A stretch of DNA of 63,895 nucleotides, counting the filler, from Cladosporium halotolerans (lineage: Eukaryota): NCBI RefSeq assembly GCF_011745625.1. It is 26 parts of 26 records of this genome, joined end to end, with 100 filler letters (N's around TTAATTAATTAA, not from the genome) between each part and the next. Parts side by side here need not be neighbours in the genome. Positions count along the whole stretch, not along the records: positions 10,779 to 13,279 come from NW_027191763.1; positions 13,380 to 15,857 come from NW_027191764.1; positions 15,958 to 18,427 come from NW_027191765.1; positions 18,528 to 20,975 come from NW_027191766.1; positions 21,076 to 23,500 come from NW_027191767.1; 21 more parts are not named here. One strand, 5' to 3'. How positions within the stretch are numbered: the stretch's first letter is position 1; each line of letters begins with the position of its first letter. Under the pieces are notes generated by a model, which was not told the origin of the DNA, made no database searches, and saw nothing but the letters and a program-made list of their open reading frames with translations. Position numbers and translations under genes: made by a program. Shown here piece after piece: positions 10,938 to 23,239 of the stretch.

Positions 10938-11035
10938 CTCCGCTCCGATAACTCCGCTCCATCATCTCCGCTCCATCATCTCCGCTCCGACGCGTCTCCG
11001 CTCCAACGTCTCCGCTCCATGATTGCTGCTCCGTT
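10938..11035. repeat. CTCCGCTCC short tandem repeat (about 6 copies) upstream of the TIM-barrel gene
   Basis: Read directly from sequence. Confidence 0.7.
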
Positions 11036-11158
11036 ATCTCCTCCCCTTTCAACCTGCGGCGTGGCTACAAACTAGATTCTCCGCAGCATGGTGTTAAAGT
11101 ATTTATTTGGATCGCATTTCTACGACTTATCTTTCGTACGAAGCAGATAGCTCCAAAC

Positions 11159-12073
11159 ATGCATTTCACTACAGACAAAAGCAAGATTCTCGCTTCTTTC
11201 CAAGCGCGCATCGATGCTGGACAAGCGATCATTGGCGCTGGCGCGGGTGGGTTGCAAAAGCTGATGACTCTTCGACTGCAGAAGAAGGAAGGCTTACTCA
11301 TGACGTCCACACCAGGTATCGGCCTATCAGCTAAATCGATTGAGGCTGGCGGCGGTGATTTGATCATAGTCTACAACAGCGGCCGATTTCGCATGGCGGG
11401 CCATGGCAGTCTTGCCGGTCTTATGCCGTACAGCAATGCAAACAACGTTGTTGTCGAGATGGCTCCGGAGATCTTGTCAGTCGTCAAGAATACGCCGGTC
11501 ATTGCCGGTGTCTGCGGCACCGACCCTTTCATCTCGGATCCAACCAGGTTCTTCGAGAAGCTACAGAACCTGGGATTTGATGGCATTCAGAACTTTCCGA
11601 CCGTAGGTCTTATCGATGGTCAGTTCCGTGCCAGCCTCGAAGAGACAGGTATGGGCTATGGCAAAGAGGTCGAGATGATTCGTCAAGCAGCACGCCTGGG
11701 CTTGTTGACGACGCCATACGTTTTCAACGCAGACGAATCGAGACAGATGACTGAGGCTGGGGCGGATATCATCGTTGCTCACATGGGCCTGACAACTTCC
11801 GGCACGATTGGGGCCAAATCGGCAAAGACACTGGACGATTGCGTTACGACTATCGCGGAGATTCGCGATGCTGCCACCACGATCAGGAAAGACATCATCA
11901 TACTGTTTCATGGTGGACCCATTGTTAGCCCAGCTGATGCAGCTAGTATATTAAGGCGCGTTCCCGGCGTACACGGATTCTATGGCGCAAGTTCTATTGA
12001 ACGATTACCGGTAGAGCGCGCTATCACAGATATTACTCAGGAATTTAAGCGAACCTATATAGGATGTAATTAA
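11159..12073 (+). CDS. TIM-barrel signal transduction protein (PEP-hydrolase-like / Tm-1 C-terminal family); probable intron 11247-11315
   Basis: After splicing [54 protein letters not shown]. Confidence 0.9.
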   Translation: MHFTTDKSKILASFQARIDAGQAIIGAGAGGLQKLMTLRLQKKEGLLMTSTPGIGLSAKSIEAGGGDLIIVYNSGRFRMAGHGSLAGLMPYSNANNVVVEMAPEILSVVKNTPVIAGVCGTDPFISDPTRFFEKLQNLGFDGIQNFPTVGLIDGQFRASLEETGMGYGKEVEMIRQAARLGLLTTPYVFNADESRQMTEAGADIIVAHMGLTTSGTIGAKSAKTLDDCVTTIAEIRDAATTIRKDIIILFHGGPIVSPADAASILRRVPGVHGFYGASSIERLPVERAITDITQEFKRTYIGCN

Positions 12074-12149
12074 ATGTATAGTATGTATTCGCACAACACT
12101 AAGCAGTGACCTTATTTATAGTCTAAATAAATCTGACTGGTAGGGTCAC

Positions 12150-13182
12150 TTAGCGCCACGAACAAGAAAACGTCGTGTGGCTACGTCGCACACGCTCAGC
12201 CAGGTTTCCAGCGAAACCATGCTTTTTTGCCCTGATTTTTCGGTCAATTGGCATATAGGTGGCACGCTCCTGTATCGGCTTGCGGACGATCTATCGTTCT
12301 AGTCTCAGGATGAATGTAAAGCTGTCACGACATGGGAGCACATCCATAATTTTGCTCGAATAAAGTGCTCGTCTACCAATAAGACAGAAAACGGCTCGAT
12401 CACGGTCTTCAACGACAAGACGGAGCAGCCATCTCCCTGTAGCGCACTCTCAAGAGGCTGCATCAGGTGGAGCATGATGTTCTTCGACCACGACAAGCTT
12501 CATTTCAAGATTGATCAAAGCATGGTCAATGAATATATCAGCGAGCTGAGGAAACAGCTGGCAGCCAAAGAAAGCGTATTCGATCGAGTCCAAGTCTCAC
12601 GCAAATACCTTTTCCGATGCCCACTTCGGAAAAGCCGCGAATTGCTTCGGTTGCGAGCACGTCGAACAACATCCTTACCACGCATTAGAGGATCCAAGAG
12701 ACGATTTTCGACGGCAAACCCATTGCACAGTACATCAAGTCAATATTGCAAACTCGCTTTGGGGTCATAAATCTAGCCGACGGCTTTCTCTACTCTCCAA
12801 TCGAACTAGGTGGTCTCGAGCTCAGGATCCCTTTCATAGCACCTCTACAAATTCGAGACGACGTCGCAGAACTACCCTCCAAAGTCCTAGACGAGTTCGA
12901 AGAGTTCGAGAGGCAGAATCACGAAGGGCGAAAGGAATAATATTGAAAGGAGAAATGATCCAGAAGGCTGCGAAGATGTCGACGAGCCCAACTGGAAGCC
13001 TTCAGAAGGAGCGGACGAGTTTATGCCGTTCGAGGAGTATGCTAAGTACCATAAAGAATTCACCGCCCTCGAAAGAGAAGACGGTTTGCTAGCGGCCTGT
13101 AATGAGCTGATGGAAACGCCCGCCGAGAGTTGCATAGAAGCCAGTCCCTCACCCAGGGAGGCAATTTAGAATTTGGGTTAGC
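12150..13182 (+). pseudogene. rvt: rvt-family (cellular reverse-transcriptase-related) pseudogene, C-terminal half
   Basis: RKRRVATSHTLSQ..LFCPDFSVN..GGTLLYRLADDLSF*; IRW; FKIDQSMVNEYISELRKQL; FGK/ANCFG; DGFLYSPIELGGLEL; stops, frameshifts and a TE at the 3' end. Confidence 0.8.
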
Positions 13183-13279
13183 CAGTGCTGTTATTGGTTC
13201 GGTTGGTGCTGGTTCTGTGGTCAAACCGACACCAACCGGCAACTCGACATGTAAGAACCATTTGACCAGATGGTGAACC
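13183..13279. mobile_element. Terminus of hAT-like family CAGTGCTGTTATTGG
   Basis: Identical reverse-complement copy at 30986-31081 with a different flank. Confidence 0.8.
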
Positions 13280-13379
13280 NNNNNNNNNNNNNNNNNNNNN
13301 NNNNNNNNNNNNNNNNNNNNNNNTTAATTAATTAANNNNNNNNNNNNNNNNNNNNNNNNNNNNNNNNNNNNNNNNNNNN

Positions 13380-14474
13380 GGTATTCGACCAGGCAGACGA
13401 TATATTCTTCTTCGTAAGCGCCTTCTCAAAGGCTGGCCAGAAAAGCGAGAAGAAGTCTCGTTTGCTGATGGCTGTGCGTCCTTCTGACTTCCTGACTGAC
13501 TCGTCGAGCGCTTGGCTGTAATAACTCGCCAGAGGAGCAAAGACGCCCACATCCAGAGGCTGCAACCTATGCGTAGAGTGAGGCGGGTATACCGCAAGCA
13601 GGATCTTATGCTGCTCGCACCATTCGAGGAACTTCATATTGAGGTGTGAGCCGTGACCGTCAACAAATAATAGCCTGTAAGATCGCCTCGCTTTGGGAGC
13701 CGTCTCCTTCTCGAACAAGCCAGTCAACCAGCTGTAACCAAGCTCGTCGCTTGTCCATCCGTTAGGTGATGAGGCAAAGTGGCAGTCGTGTTCATCCGGC
13801 TCGAAATCGTCGAGCCACGTGTCTTGCAAGTTACCAGAAATCGCCTTGTAGATCAGGGCCGGCGATAACTTGGTGCCGTCTGCGCAGATCGTAGCTACTA
13901 CCGTTATCCACTCTCTACTACCGTCTTGGCCGGCTCCTGTAAGAGTGCCTTGTTCGTAGAGGTCTCGTGTGAAGATCCTTCGCGTCTTTTGTAGCTTGCC
14001 GATGAGGAAGCCCTTCTCGTCCATGTTGTAGATATTGTCAGCACTGATATTGTATTCTTCTACTTTTTGGCCGATAACGGCGAAGTAGGCCTCGTAGTTA
14101 CTTCTGGAATCAGCTTTGTGGCGTGCGAGGTCGATGGTGTTGAGATATCTAGCATCAAGCCTGTGCTTGTGTCTCGCAACGAAACGTGAGGACCAGTTCC
14201 TTGAAAGCTTTCTCCCACATAGCTCTTGGGCAATATTGGCGACGATCTTGGGTGTAGGTGGGAGGCAACGCTCGCAGAGATGATGTATATAGTTTATGAG
14301 CTCCTCTTCTTGCTTGTCGTTGAGCATCCTCCGGGATTCGGCGCCTTGAGCCAACGAGGAGGTCTTCGCGTGAAACCGTTTGCTGAGCGCCGATCTAGTG
14401 ACACCATGCTTTCTCGCGGCATCAGATATATTTACAGACCTAGAAGACCTCAGATCTGAAAGCGCCGCTTCCAT
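13380..14474 (-). CDS. pogo/Fot1 (DDE_1) transposase, 3' truncated by contig end
   Basis: N-terminal HTH; YNMDEKGF; LFVDGHGSH; PPHSTHRLQPLDVG. Confidence 0.93.
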
Positions 14475-14862
14475 TGAGCTAGTAATTGTCGAATTGGGAT
14501 GCGAAGACTCTCACCTGTACGCGGTGCATCCTACGAACCTGAAGCGCTCTCGAGCGTCTTCAGAGCCTAGAAGAGTCACGGTGGAGCTGAGTTGGGCGCG
14601 GTAGTCGCATCAAGGGGCGGCCTGGAGGGCGGCTGCAGCGAGCTGCCAACTCAGAACAGAGGACTACCACCAAAACGCTTTTAAAAACCATCCGACAACC
14701 GCTAATCTGTGTCGGAAGCAGATCCCCTGTACGTTGTACAGCGTACAGGCCGAAGAGCCCAGGCTTTGGCGGTTGAAAGGACACCTCTGGGGTGTTGCAG
14801 AGTTTTCACGACGCAGCCACGGTCGCAACACGCGATGCGGCCGACGCCGCTGAGAAACCATC

Positions 14863-14996
14863 GAAGCTCTTGTTAACCACACCACTCGAAGCTCCTGTTA
14901 ACCGGATATTTCGAAGCTCTTGTTAACCGAAATTCCGAAGCTCTTGTTAATCGGATCTCTCCCCCTCCGAAAATTCGACCCGAAGCTCTCGTTAAG
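14863..14996. repeat. CGAAGCTCTTGTTAA repeat (5 copies); a GGCATAGCAGG repeat cluster follows at ~15176-15300
   Basis: Read directly from sequence. Confidence 0.75.
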
Positions 14997-15958
14997 ACCT
15001 TGTATGACTAGGCAGGGCGTTCGCCGTCAGGTACAAAGCCTTCCCGCCACTCCGCACCGAGCGTACACCGGGTCTAAGGACCGTCCGAATAGGCGCGAAG
15101 ATGTTACCACGTACCACGCCGGGAGGTGGTAGGGCGCCTCGTACGACAGTTCATCCGAACTCGTAGAAGGACACGGGCATAGCAGGGCAGGACAGGAAGA
15201 GAGAGAAGAGTGAAGAACAGGCATAGCAGGAAGGAAGGACAGGCATAGCAGGAAGAGATGGACAGGCATAGCAGGGAGGGATGGACAGGCACAGCAGGTG
15301 GGAGAACAGACGGACATTTTGGTTAGTGGCTGGAAAAGCAAGAATACTGTCGTACGGCTGTAGACAGTGCTCGAGCAAGGCTGCAAGACACGGTCGGCCT
15401 TGATGAGAGGGGAGACCCGGCAAGGTATCGCGAAGGAAGGTCACTTCTGGGGCGAGGCACCTAATGGTAGCGACAGAGACACTATCTAGGTGGCCCGAGA
15501 GGACAGGATGCGCGTGTCGGTCAGATTGAGCGCCCAACTCGGCACGAGCGAGGGTGGGACAGGTCTGGCTTAAGGAGTAAACTGCGAGTAGGATATGGGG
15601 AAAGGTTTGGCCTGGCCTGGAACCCGAGTCAAAAAGTCCGGCGTCCTTGTGACTAATGGTGATGATGGGAAGTTATTGTGGTGGGTATGTACATGCCCTG
15701 TCGAAGCCACTATACATTTAATACACTGCACTATGTAGACAATGTATACTGTTCGCCGGCTGAACAGCCAGGCAAGGGCCATCACAGGGCTGTTGAGATC
15801 AACCCCTCGAGCCTTCCTTCGGGCTGAGTCCTGCTTACCCACCGCCCAAGACCTCCTNNNNNNNNNNNNNNNNNNNNNNNNNNNNNNNNNNNNNNNNNNN
15901 NTTAATTAATTAANNNNNNNNNNNNNNNNNNNNNNNNNNNNNNNNNNNNNNNNNNNNA

Positions 15959-17761
15959 AGAGCAATTACACGAGTTTGGAGCCACATCCTCGGACAAGAC
16001 GTTCTCCCACAGCAACTTGATGAATCGACTGTTCTGGCACTGCAGATGCTATGTCCGTCGTACTCGTCGCATGACTGCGACACCATAACTAAGCTATTCG
16101 CCGACAACAAGGTTTTTCCCTTCATTCGAGATGTTAGTCAACGGAACATGATCTGCAGACGGGTCATCAGTTGCAAGCGGATCCTGACGTTGGATACATT
16201 TTTCAGCGACTTCATCTACCTTCGAGCCTGTTTTGACGGCCTGAAGATACTTACGCCCTCTGACTGGAGGACCTGCAAATTGAGCTTTGAGCAAGTCTGT
16301 AGACAAAGCTGGGGATCGAAAGCGATAGGGAACGGCGATGCGTATTCGTCGACCAGCGATTCTAGGATGCCCAGCGGTAACTTTAGAGACTGCTACATCG
16401 ACTTATGGCTCTTTGCCATGAGAGAATTTCCGTATCTCTCGGAAGGTAAAGCAAGTAGGCCTTTACAAGACGGCACACCAGCCGACGTCGAATGTTGGTA
16501 TAAAGGCACTGTATCAGCGAAACAAGTCCAGCTGGCCTCGACAGCTTTTGCGCTCGGATTTGAGACCGACAAGATCAAGAGGACCAAAGCCGGTCATGCG
16601 ACAAGCATAATCGAACCAGGACGAATATCGCAGGCGCCAGAGCTCAGTTGCCACGATCGCCCTTTGAAACGGAAAGCCAGAAGGAACAGGCCCTTGAGCT
16701 CGAATTATGCTAGGGACAAAGACTTCCTGCACAGACGGTATATCTTTGATACGTCAAGTTTTGAGCGGAAGTCTCAAGCAACGTCCTTCGCCATTGCAAA
16801 AGATTTGGTCCATTGTTGCTGGGGATCTGGTCTAGAACAACAGGAACGCGATCCAAAATCAAGCCATCAAACACAACGCCAGAAGAAGCGTCCGGGCAAA
16901 GCTCCGTTCAGGGCAGGCCAAAAAAACAGATGGAATCCTCACGGGCGACCGGAAACGCGAAAGCTAGACTCGCCAAGCTATAACAGCTTAGTTCCTCCTA
17001 ATCCCTTCTCGACCGTGGATGGAGATATTGACGAGCCAAGTGAGGCAGCGTTGTTGCCGGAAAAAGCTGTGCAAGAAGAGGACTTCTCTATCAAGGCAGA
17101 ACACGACTCACCGTCCAATGTTCTCAAAACTATTAGGGATTTAATGGACACGAAAGGGTCACCATCGGCATATTCTGCCGATGGAGTGGTCTCCGTCAAG
17201 GCAGAATCCGACACACGGTCCAATATCTCGGAAAGCATCAGGGACATAAGAAGCTTACCCTCGAGACATTCTGCGAATAAGATGGAAGAAAAGTTACCCT
17301 CTGGACGAACATCGACGAAAGACTTGTCTATGCACTCCCGTCCCGCCCCATCCGGTACAACTTCTCGATCGAGCTCCATGGGCTGGATGAGAGAAGGAGG
17401 AGATAGTGATTCCAGAGAAGTTGATGATGCTGCTAGAAGGTCTGACTTGATACATCCAGCGGTCGAGAGCAGCCTTTTGAATGATGCGAGAAGATCTCCT
17501 GTCCGCCAGATTGGTGAAGGCGCCGTTGTACGAAAGAGGAAAAGGTCGATTCAAGATGGCACGGCGCAAGTAGCAAACATGGCGGTCCGTGGTGTCGAAG
17601 ACATAAGACGTGCCTCAGTTTGGCCACCGAACCCTCCGCGCACGCACTCTTCGCCGCAGAAACAGAGCAGAGTGCGGAAGCTTGACATCTTGCGAATGAG
17701 AAAAGAAAAAGAGAAAGCAAGAAAGAGAGAGACTAACAGGCAGGCGACAGCTTCAGTCTGA
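15959..17761 (+). CDS. DUF3723 protein (Starship-associated), 5' truncated, with a low-complexity tail
   Basis: Frame open from the contig start: VWSHILG..LDESTVLALQMLCP; ILTLDTFFSDFIYL; YIDLWLFAMREFP; LASTAFALGFET. Confidence 0.75.
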   Translation, partial: RAITRVWSHILGQDVLPQQLDESTVLALQMLCPSYSSHDCDTITKLFADNKVFPFIRDVSQRNMICRRVISCKRILTLDTFFSDFIYLRACFDGLKILTPSDWRTCKLSFEQVCRQSWGSKAIGNGDAYSSTSDSRMPSGNFRDCYIDLWLFAMREFPYLSEGKASRPLQDGTPADVECWYKGTVSAKQVQLASTAFALGFETDKIKRTKAGHATSIIEPGRISQAPELSCHDRPLKRKARRNRPLSSNYARDKDFLHRRYIFDTSSFERKSQATSFAIAKDLVHCCWGSGLEQQERDPKSSHQTQRQKKRPGKAPFRAGQKNRWNPHGRPETRKLDSPSYNSLVPPNPFSTVDGDIDEPSEAALLPEKAVQEEDFSIKAEHDSPSNVLKTIRDLMDTKGSPSAYSADGVVSVKAESDTRSNISESIRDIRSLPSRHSANKMEEKLPSGRTSTKDLSMHSRPAPSGTTSRSSSMGWMREGGDSDSREVDDAARRSDLIHPAVESSLLNDARRSPVRQIGEGAVVRKRKRSIQDGTAQVANMAVRGVEDIRRASVWPPNPPRTHSSPQKQSRVRKLDILRMRKEKEKARKRETNRQATASV

Positions 17762-18328
17762 ACGTCACAGAATTGGCGTAACGTTAGCATTTTGAGATTG
17801 TGCAATCGTTCTTCGTTTTGAGGTATTCTCGGACAACGGAAGGGCGATGGCAAAGTCCAAGGAGAGAGACAATGCCATTGGCTTTTTGTAAGTTTGCAAT
17901 AGTATCCATGTTGTCGTGTGTATTCGATTGCGAAACGGTATATCTTACAGTCAATAAACTGATCGTACGGAGACACGGCCATCCCAATGTTGGGTTCAAT
18001 TGCGCTCTTTGGGGGTGTAATAAAATGCAATGAGATTTCCTAGTAGATTGAGGAGACACGTGTTCGCAATTGGTTGTAACACTCAAGATATAAAGTATGA
18101 TGTACATTGCTGACCGTTGGAACGCTCACCCATTTGGGGTTGCTTCCCGTCCGTGCGGGACACAATCTTCTCCAGATATCGATCCGTCTAACCAACCCAA
18201 AGCCGATTCAAGTGTTCTTATTATCAAGCGGCTGGAAATCGTGTTCGTAGAGCTCCAGGTCGTACGAGTCCTTTTCACATGCGACTGGCGATTCATCTTG
18301 AGGTCGGTATCCCAAGCTTGGTTTGGAA

Positions 18329-18427
18329 CAGAGGTGTGCACAATCAATTTTTTACTTGATAACTTGATTGATTGATTGTTGACTAAGCAATCAATCAAGT
18401 TGCGCCTCATGACCAATCAATCAATTC
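18329..18427. mobile_element. Terminus of hAT family CA(G/T)AGGTGTGCACAATC
   Basis: Near-identical to 28336-28432 and to the 5' end (56921-57019) of the hAT on contig 54935-57118. Confidence 0.9.
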
Positions 18428-19959
18428 NNNNNNNNNNNNNNNNNNNNNNNNNNNNNNNNNNNNNNNNNNNNTTAATTAATTAANNNNNNNNNNNNNNNNN
18501 NNNNNNNNNNNNNNNNNNNNNNNNNNNCGGCCGCCATGTCATCCTTACTACGGACGTCGGGCGAGCTTTCAGCTGAGGTCCTCATCGTCACGTGCGAGCG
18601 ATCCATCTGGTCACCTAATTTCTTCTTTAAAGGAGGGACGGGGCCGGGGTTGGGAGGTCTGACAAGGAGTTGATTGATCGCCACGTCGACCGCAGGCCCC
18701 TGCCATTCCCTTACCACCACGAACTAGTGACGCTGGGACGGAGGCCTTTGGGTGAACCCCGTCAGCAGCTTCGGGGTAATGCAGCAATCGCCGAGGACTT
18801 CCACACAGCGTCCTGTCCACGCGGGCGCGTGGAAAATTGTTTCTGCTCCGAGCTTGTCCATAGGGGCAATGCAAAGATGGTAGAAGAAATCCACGAACAT
18901 CTCGGCTGCACCGTTGACCTTTTGACATGTGGCTCCAGGAAGCAAGGACAGCGCGCCCGCGGGCACCGATCAAAGCCCTCCAGGCGATGCAGACAGACGT
19001 GCGGACGGCAGTGCTACAGTAAAATCCGCACCGGAGAGCCATGTGCTATGATGGTGGGGCAAGGTCAAGCAGAATTCTTACGGAGGCTCTGCAGCCGCGA
19101 GGTCGGACGGCGTTATTGGCCACAATAGAGGGAGGCCTTGCAGTCGCAAAGGACCATCGCTCCTGGCTCTGAGCAGCCCTCGAAATCAGCGCATGCAACC
19201 TCGAATGTCGTCGCACATTAACTCTTTCGCGATCACGTCGATAGTCTGAGAGGTTCGTTAGCATTCAGTCCTTGACCGAGGTATTTTCAACCCCAGAAAT
19301 GTCAAAAGGGGCAAGGGGTGAACACGCCGCGACAGCTGTCGATCTTCCTGCCTGCCTCGGGTCATTGGTGGTGTCTTGGACGGCTTTCACTGAGGAGCTT
19401 CACAGGCTGCTGTTTTGCATATGCGGGCAGGGCAGCAAGAGTGGTCCTGCTGACCCGGGGTTTGGACGTCTGTGGATCAACTGCCATAGCTGACAGCGTG
19501 ATCCGCCGTTCGCTCGCGGGCAGCGTCCGTCCATCCCCACGGCGGTTTGGAAAGGTGAGGGAAAAGATGAAGCACCAGACTGGCGATTTCAATTTCGTTG
19601 CACGTCGACTCGATGTGCCATACGGTGCCGTGACAGGGCGTATTTTATGGTGTCGTGGCATGCTCGACGACGCTTTCGGTGCTGCTTTGCTCCTGCTCAT
19701 GACTTGTTATCTTGTGTCATGCTGTACGGCACGGGGTATGCTTCTGTGCCGTGCTACGATGGTCTTGACTCGCCGTTCGTTTATGCGTACTCCAGACGAC
19801 ACGAATGCGCGAAAGTGAAATGCCGACCTTGATCTCAAGCTCTTTTTCTGCTTCAGCTCACGGCATTCCGCGGTAGTGCGCTGCGTAGGAAGCAGTGTCA
19901 TCGCGCCGTGACGTAGAGGCAGACCGCTGACTGGTTTTTCTCGAGGTGGTTGGGTGATT

Positions 19960-20975
19960 GGGTGGAAGGGAGGAAGGGAAGATGGAAGGAAAGCCAAAGG
20001 CAGGAAGGAAGGAAGAAGAGTTTAAGAAAAGAAAGGCAGGAAGGAGCGAAGGAGCGAAGGATGGAAGGAGAGATAAAGAAAAGAAAGGCAGGAAGGAGGA
20101 GTAGTGAGCGACGGCAAGAGGAGGCCAAGACGGAAGCAAGAGAGGAAAAGGCTGGACTGGAAGGTAGGGAAGGAGGCAGGAAAGATGGAGGGAAGAAGGG
20201 AAACAGAAGGCAAGGGAGCAGTGTAGGAAAAGGACAAGTCAGAATGAGGAGGGAGAGGAAGAGAAGTGAAAAGAAAGAGAAATGAAAAGGAAGAGAAGAG
20301 TGCAGAAAGGAAGAAGGCAATGAAGGGAAGAGAAATAGAAGGAAGAAAATGGAAAGGGGGGCAAGCAAAGGGCTGCGAAGGGGCCAAGAAAGGTAGCTGA
20401 CGCGAAACAAGAGGAGGAGGCAGATCAGCCGGCAGGGCAGACGCAGGGGGAAGGCTAGGAAAGAGATCGGAGTGGAAGGCAGGGAATGAGGCAGGAAACG
20501 AAGGAAAAGAGGAGGCAGAGGAGCAGTCAGAGTGGAAGGCGGGAGGAAAGGCATGGAAGCGGACGGAAAGAAAAGAAAGGAAAGGGAAGGGAAAAGGAAA
20601 AGTGCAGGGGGGCAAGAAAAGGGTAAGAAAGGGGCCAAGAAAGGGATAGGGCACGGAGGAAGAGGAGGCAAGGCAGGAGAAAAAGAAGCTGGCAACAAGA
20701 AGGCGCGAAAGACGACCGCGACAAAGCAGGAAAAGGGTAGGAAGGACGTCAGTTCGGAAGGCAGGAGGAAGGCGGGGGGACACATGATGGTCATGCTGGA
20801 CTGTACTGTGCAGTACGATGTCATGTCAGAACCGCAAAAGACCGTACGCGTGCCACTGTCCGTTCAAGGATCCCGCCTGGACTCGCCAAGACTCATTCCG
20901 GTCAGCAAAGGCTGGTGATGACTCCGTCCGTGGCACAACCTCGAAACCTGGCCTCCAACACCATACCTCCATCCC
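19960..20975. repeat. Long purine-skewed low-complexity tract plus flank; member of a dispersed family
   Basis: About 800 nt of mostly G/A; 20450-20975 aligns by eye to the reverse complement of 42480-43081. Confidence 0.8.
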
Positions 20976-23239
20976 NNNNNNNNNNNNNNNNNNNNNNNNN
21001 NNNNNNNNNNNNNNNNNNNTTAATTAATTAANNNNNNNNNNNNNNNNNNNNNNNNNNNNNNNNNNNNNNNNNNNNAGCAGCATACGTGGTCAACTCCACT
21101 GGTACTCTGCCTGTAAAGCCTTCTGCGCACTTCTGGCATGTAGCTAAGATCAGAATTTCCATCACGCAAAAGCTTCCATCTTCGAAGTGTATCAACACAT
21201 CTTCTTGATTTGTTCTGGCAGCGGTAAATGGTTCGCGATGGGCGACTGAGTCGCGAAAGCAGGCCAGAAGCGCCCCGGACGTTCTTGGGGCGGGCATAGT
21301 TACTAATTTAGTGCAACATGGCTTGGCGCTGTTTCAGGTGCAGCGCTTAAACAATGGAGCGGCGCCCCCAGCCACCCTGTGATGATCAAAGCAGGTAAGG
21401 GCAAAGAGTAGCACATTGTTCTGGCTTCTTGGAAGCTAATCAAAATGGTTTATGGCTTGCATGGACAGCGTTTCAGCTCCGTCGCTTAACGCCTGCGGCG
21501 GCGCAGGCAGAGGTGAGCAGCTTGTACAGTATATGAGCTACTGTATCCTTCTCACCTCTCATTCATTCTCTGTTCCCCCTCAAACACAGCGATCGAACTT
21601 CGCAGCCCAAAGATCAAAGCAGTCTGATCCATTCGACTATTACCGGCAATCCACTTCACGTGAGGATTCCATGAGCACAATTCTTATCGAGCTGATCTAA
21701 GAATAGAGACAGCATGTGCGGCTTCGAAACCTTCCACTATCTTGGATGCGGCCACGACAGACCAATGGCATGGAAGCATTGTCCAGCTTCTGGAACCACT
21801 GGCAGACATACCCATCTTGGATTCACAACCAACGTGGCAGGCAAATGCCCTGATTGCGGGAAGGCTCAGAAGAAATGATGTGGAAATGCATATTTAGGAT
21901 TGACTAGCTGGCTAGCCAGTCTCAGAATTGTGAGTGTGGAAGTGCAAGCAGACCGGAGTCCACTCGCTAACACATCCACACAGCGGGTACTGTCTTGTGA
22001 TGGACTGGTCGAATATGGCCTTTCATAAACGTAAATATTATGCTGGCTTGCTTTTACTTCTCTCGGCTACCACAATATGTATCATCCAACAAACCCTTTC
22101 TATCCACCGTCCCATCCTTTATAGAACTGTCTGCCGGCTTGAAGCTGGCCTCGCGAAAAAGGTCGTGAAGGCCCAGCAAGCTTGCTCCGCCTGCCCCGCG
22201 CGGCTAGTAAGGTCGACATGTCATAAAATGAGAAAAGCATCAAAAGCTTACAGTCGTTCCAAAGTCTCTTCGGGAGTCGCAGGACACCCTGTGTGAGAGA
22301 TATCTGGCACAAGTTCATTGTGTAACGCCCATCTCTGTCCCGGGACACCCTGTGTGACGGGACACTTCTCTCAAGATTTGCTCTGTATCCTTTTTCCGCC
22401 TCGTGCTTAACTTGTAATCTAACATTATTCCTTGCGTTTCTCCGCACACAGACGAAGATTGAGATGCTTGCGATTCGCCACACGCAGGATGCCATCCTGA
22501 CGCACTGGATACCGTATGCAGCTACTCCTTTTGATTCGACGGCCAGCTCACCGGCCGATGCAAGGTGACGCAGCGACGCTTTAGCATATCAACGCGCAGA
22601 TGAACGGCGAATGAGGATCCGCCTAGGCGCATTACCCCACATCTGAAGATGCCCGTCATGCTCAAGATGCAGCTTTTGGTCCTCAAAGAACCGTCGCGCG
22701 GTGTCAATGCCTTCATGTGTTGCTTTTCAAGTTCACTGACTATGGCTCATGTCCTAAGCGCCGATTTCACGTACAGTGGCAGCTTGGAATGGCACCGCTA
22801 TTCACCAAAGGTCGCAACATGCGAAGGGCAAATCATGTATGATGTCATGTGAGTTGCACACAGCCTTGCAGTCTCGGAGGCAAACGGCGGTTCTGCGACG
22901 ATTTTCCCGAAATCTGCACGAGGGCATTCTTTCTTGCGTGTTCGCTTGATGTACTTCTTGCATAGCGCCAAAGAAGCACATATCAGCTTCGCTTGCGCGG
23001 TCAGAGCTCATCATAGGACGACGATCAAGTCACATGTGCGGGCAAGGACGCAACAGCTTCAACAAAAAGCGCAGACTGGAAGATATAAAGGACTAGCACC
23101 TTCGCGTCCGTTGCAGTATGGCTACCAATCGCAATATGAGTATTCTGGTATCGACATCGGGTGTCCATTGAGACTTTGAAATGGAGATTGTAACGCTAGT
23201 AATATCCTCCGGGGAGAGGTGTTGCTTACCCTGGGAAAG

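Noticed and set aside
15648..15786. 139-bp TGTGA...TCACA segment as a solo LTR
   Set aside because: Flanks GTCCT and GGGCT are not a TSD, and no PPT or PBS is evident; unproven.
19858..20918. Long F/L/P/S-rich and K/E/G/R-rich ORFs (also 42492-43137)
   Set aside because: Translations of purine/pyrimidine low-complexity tracts.
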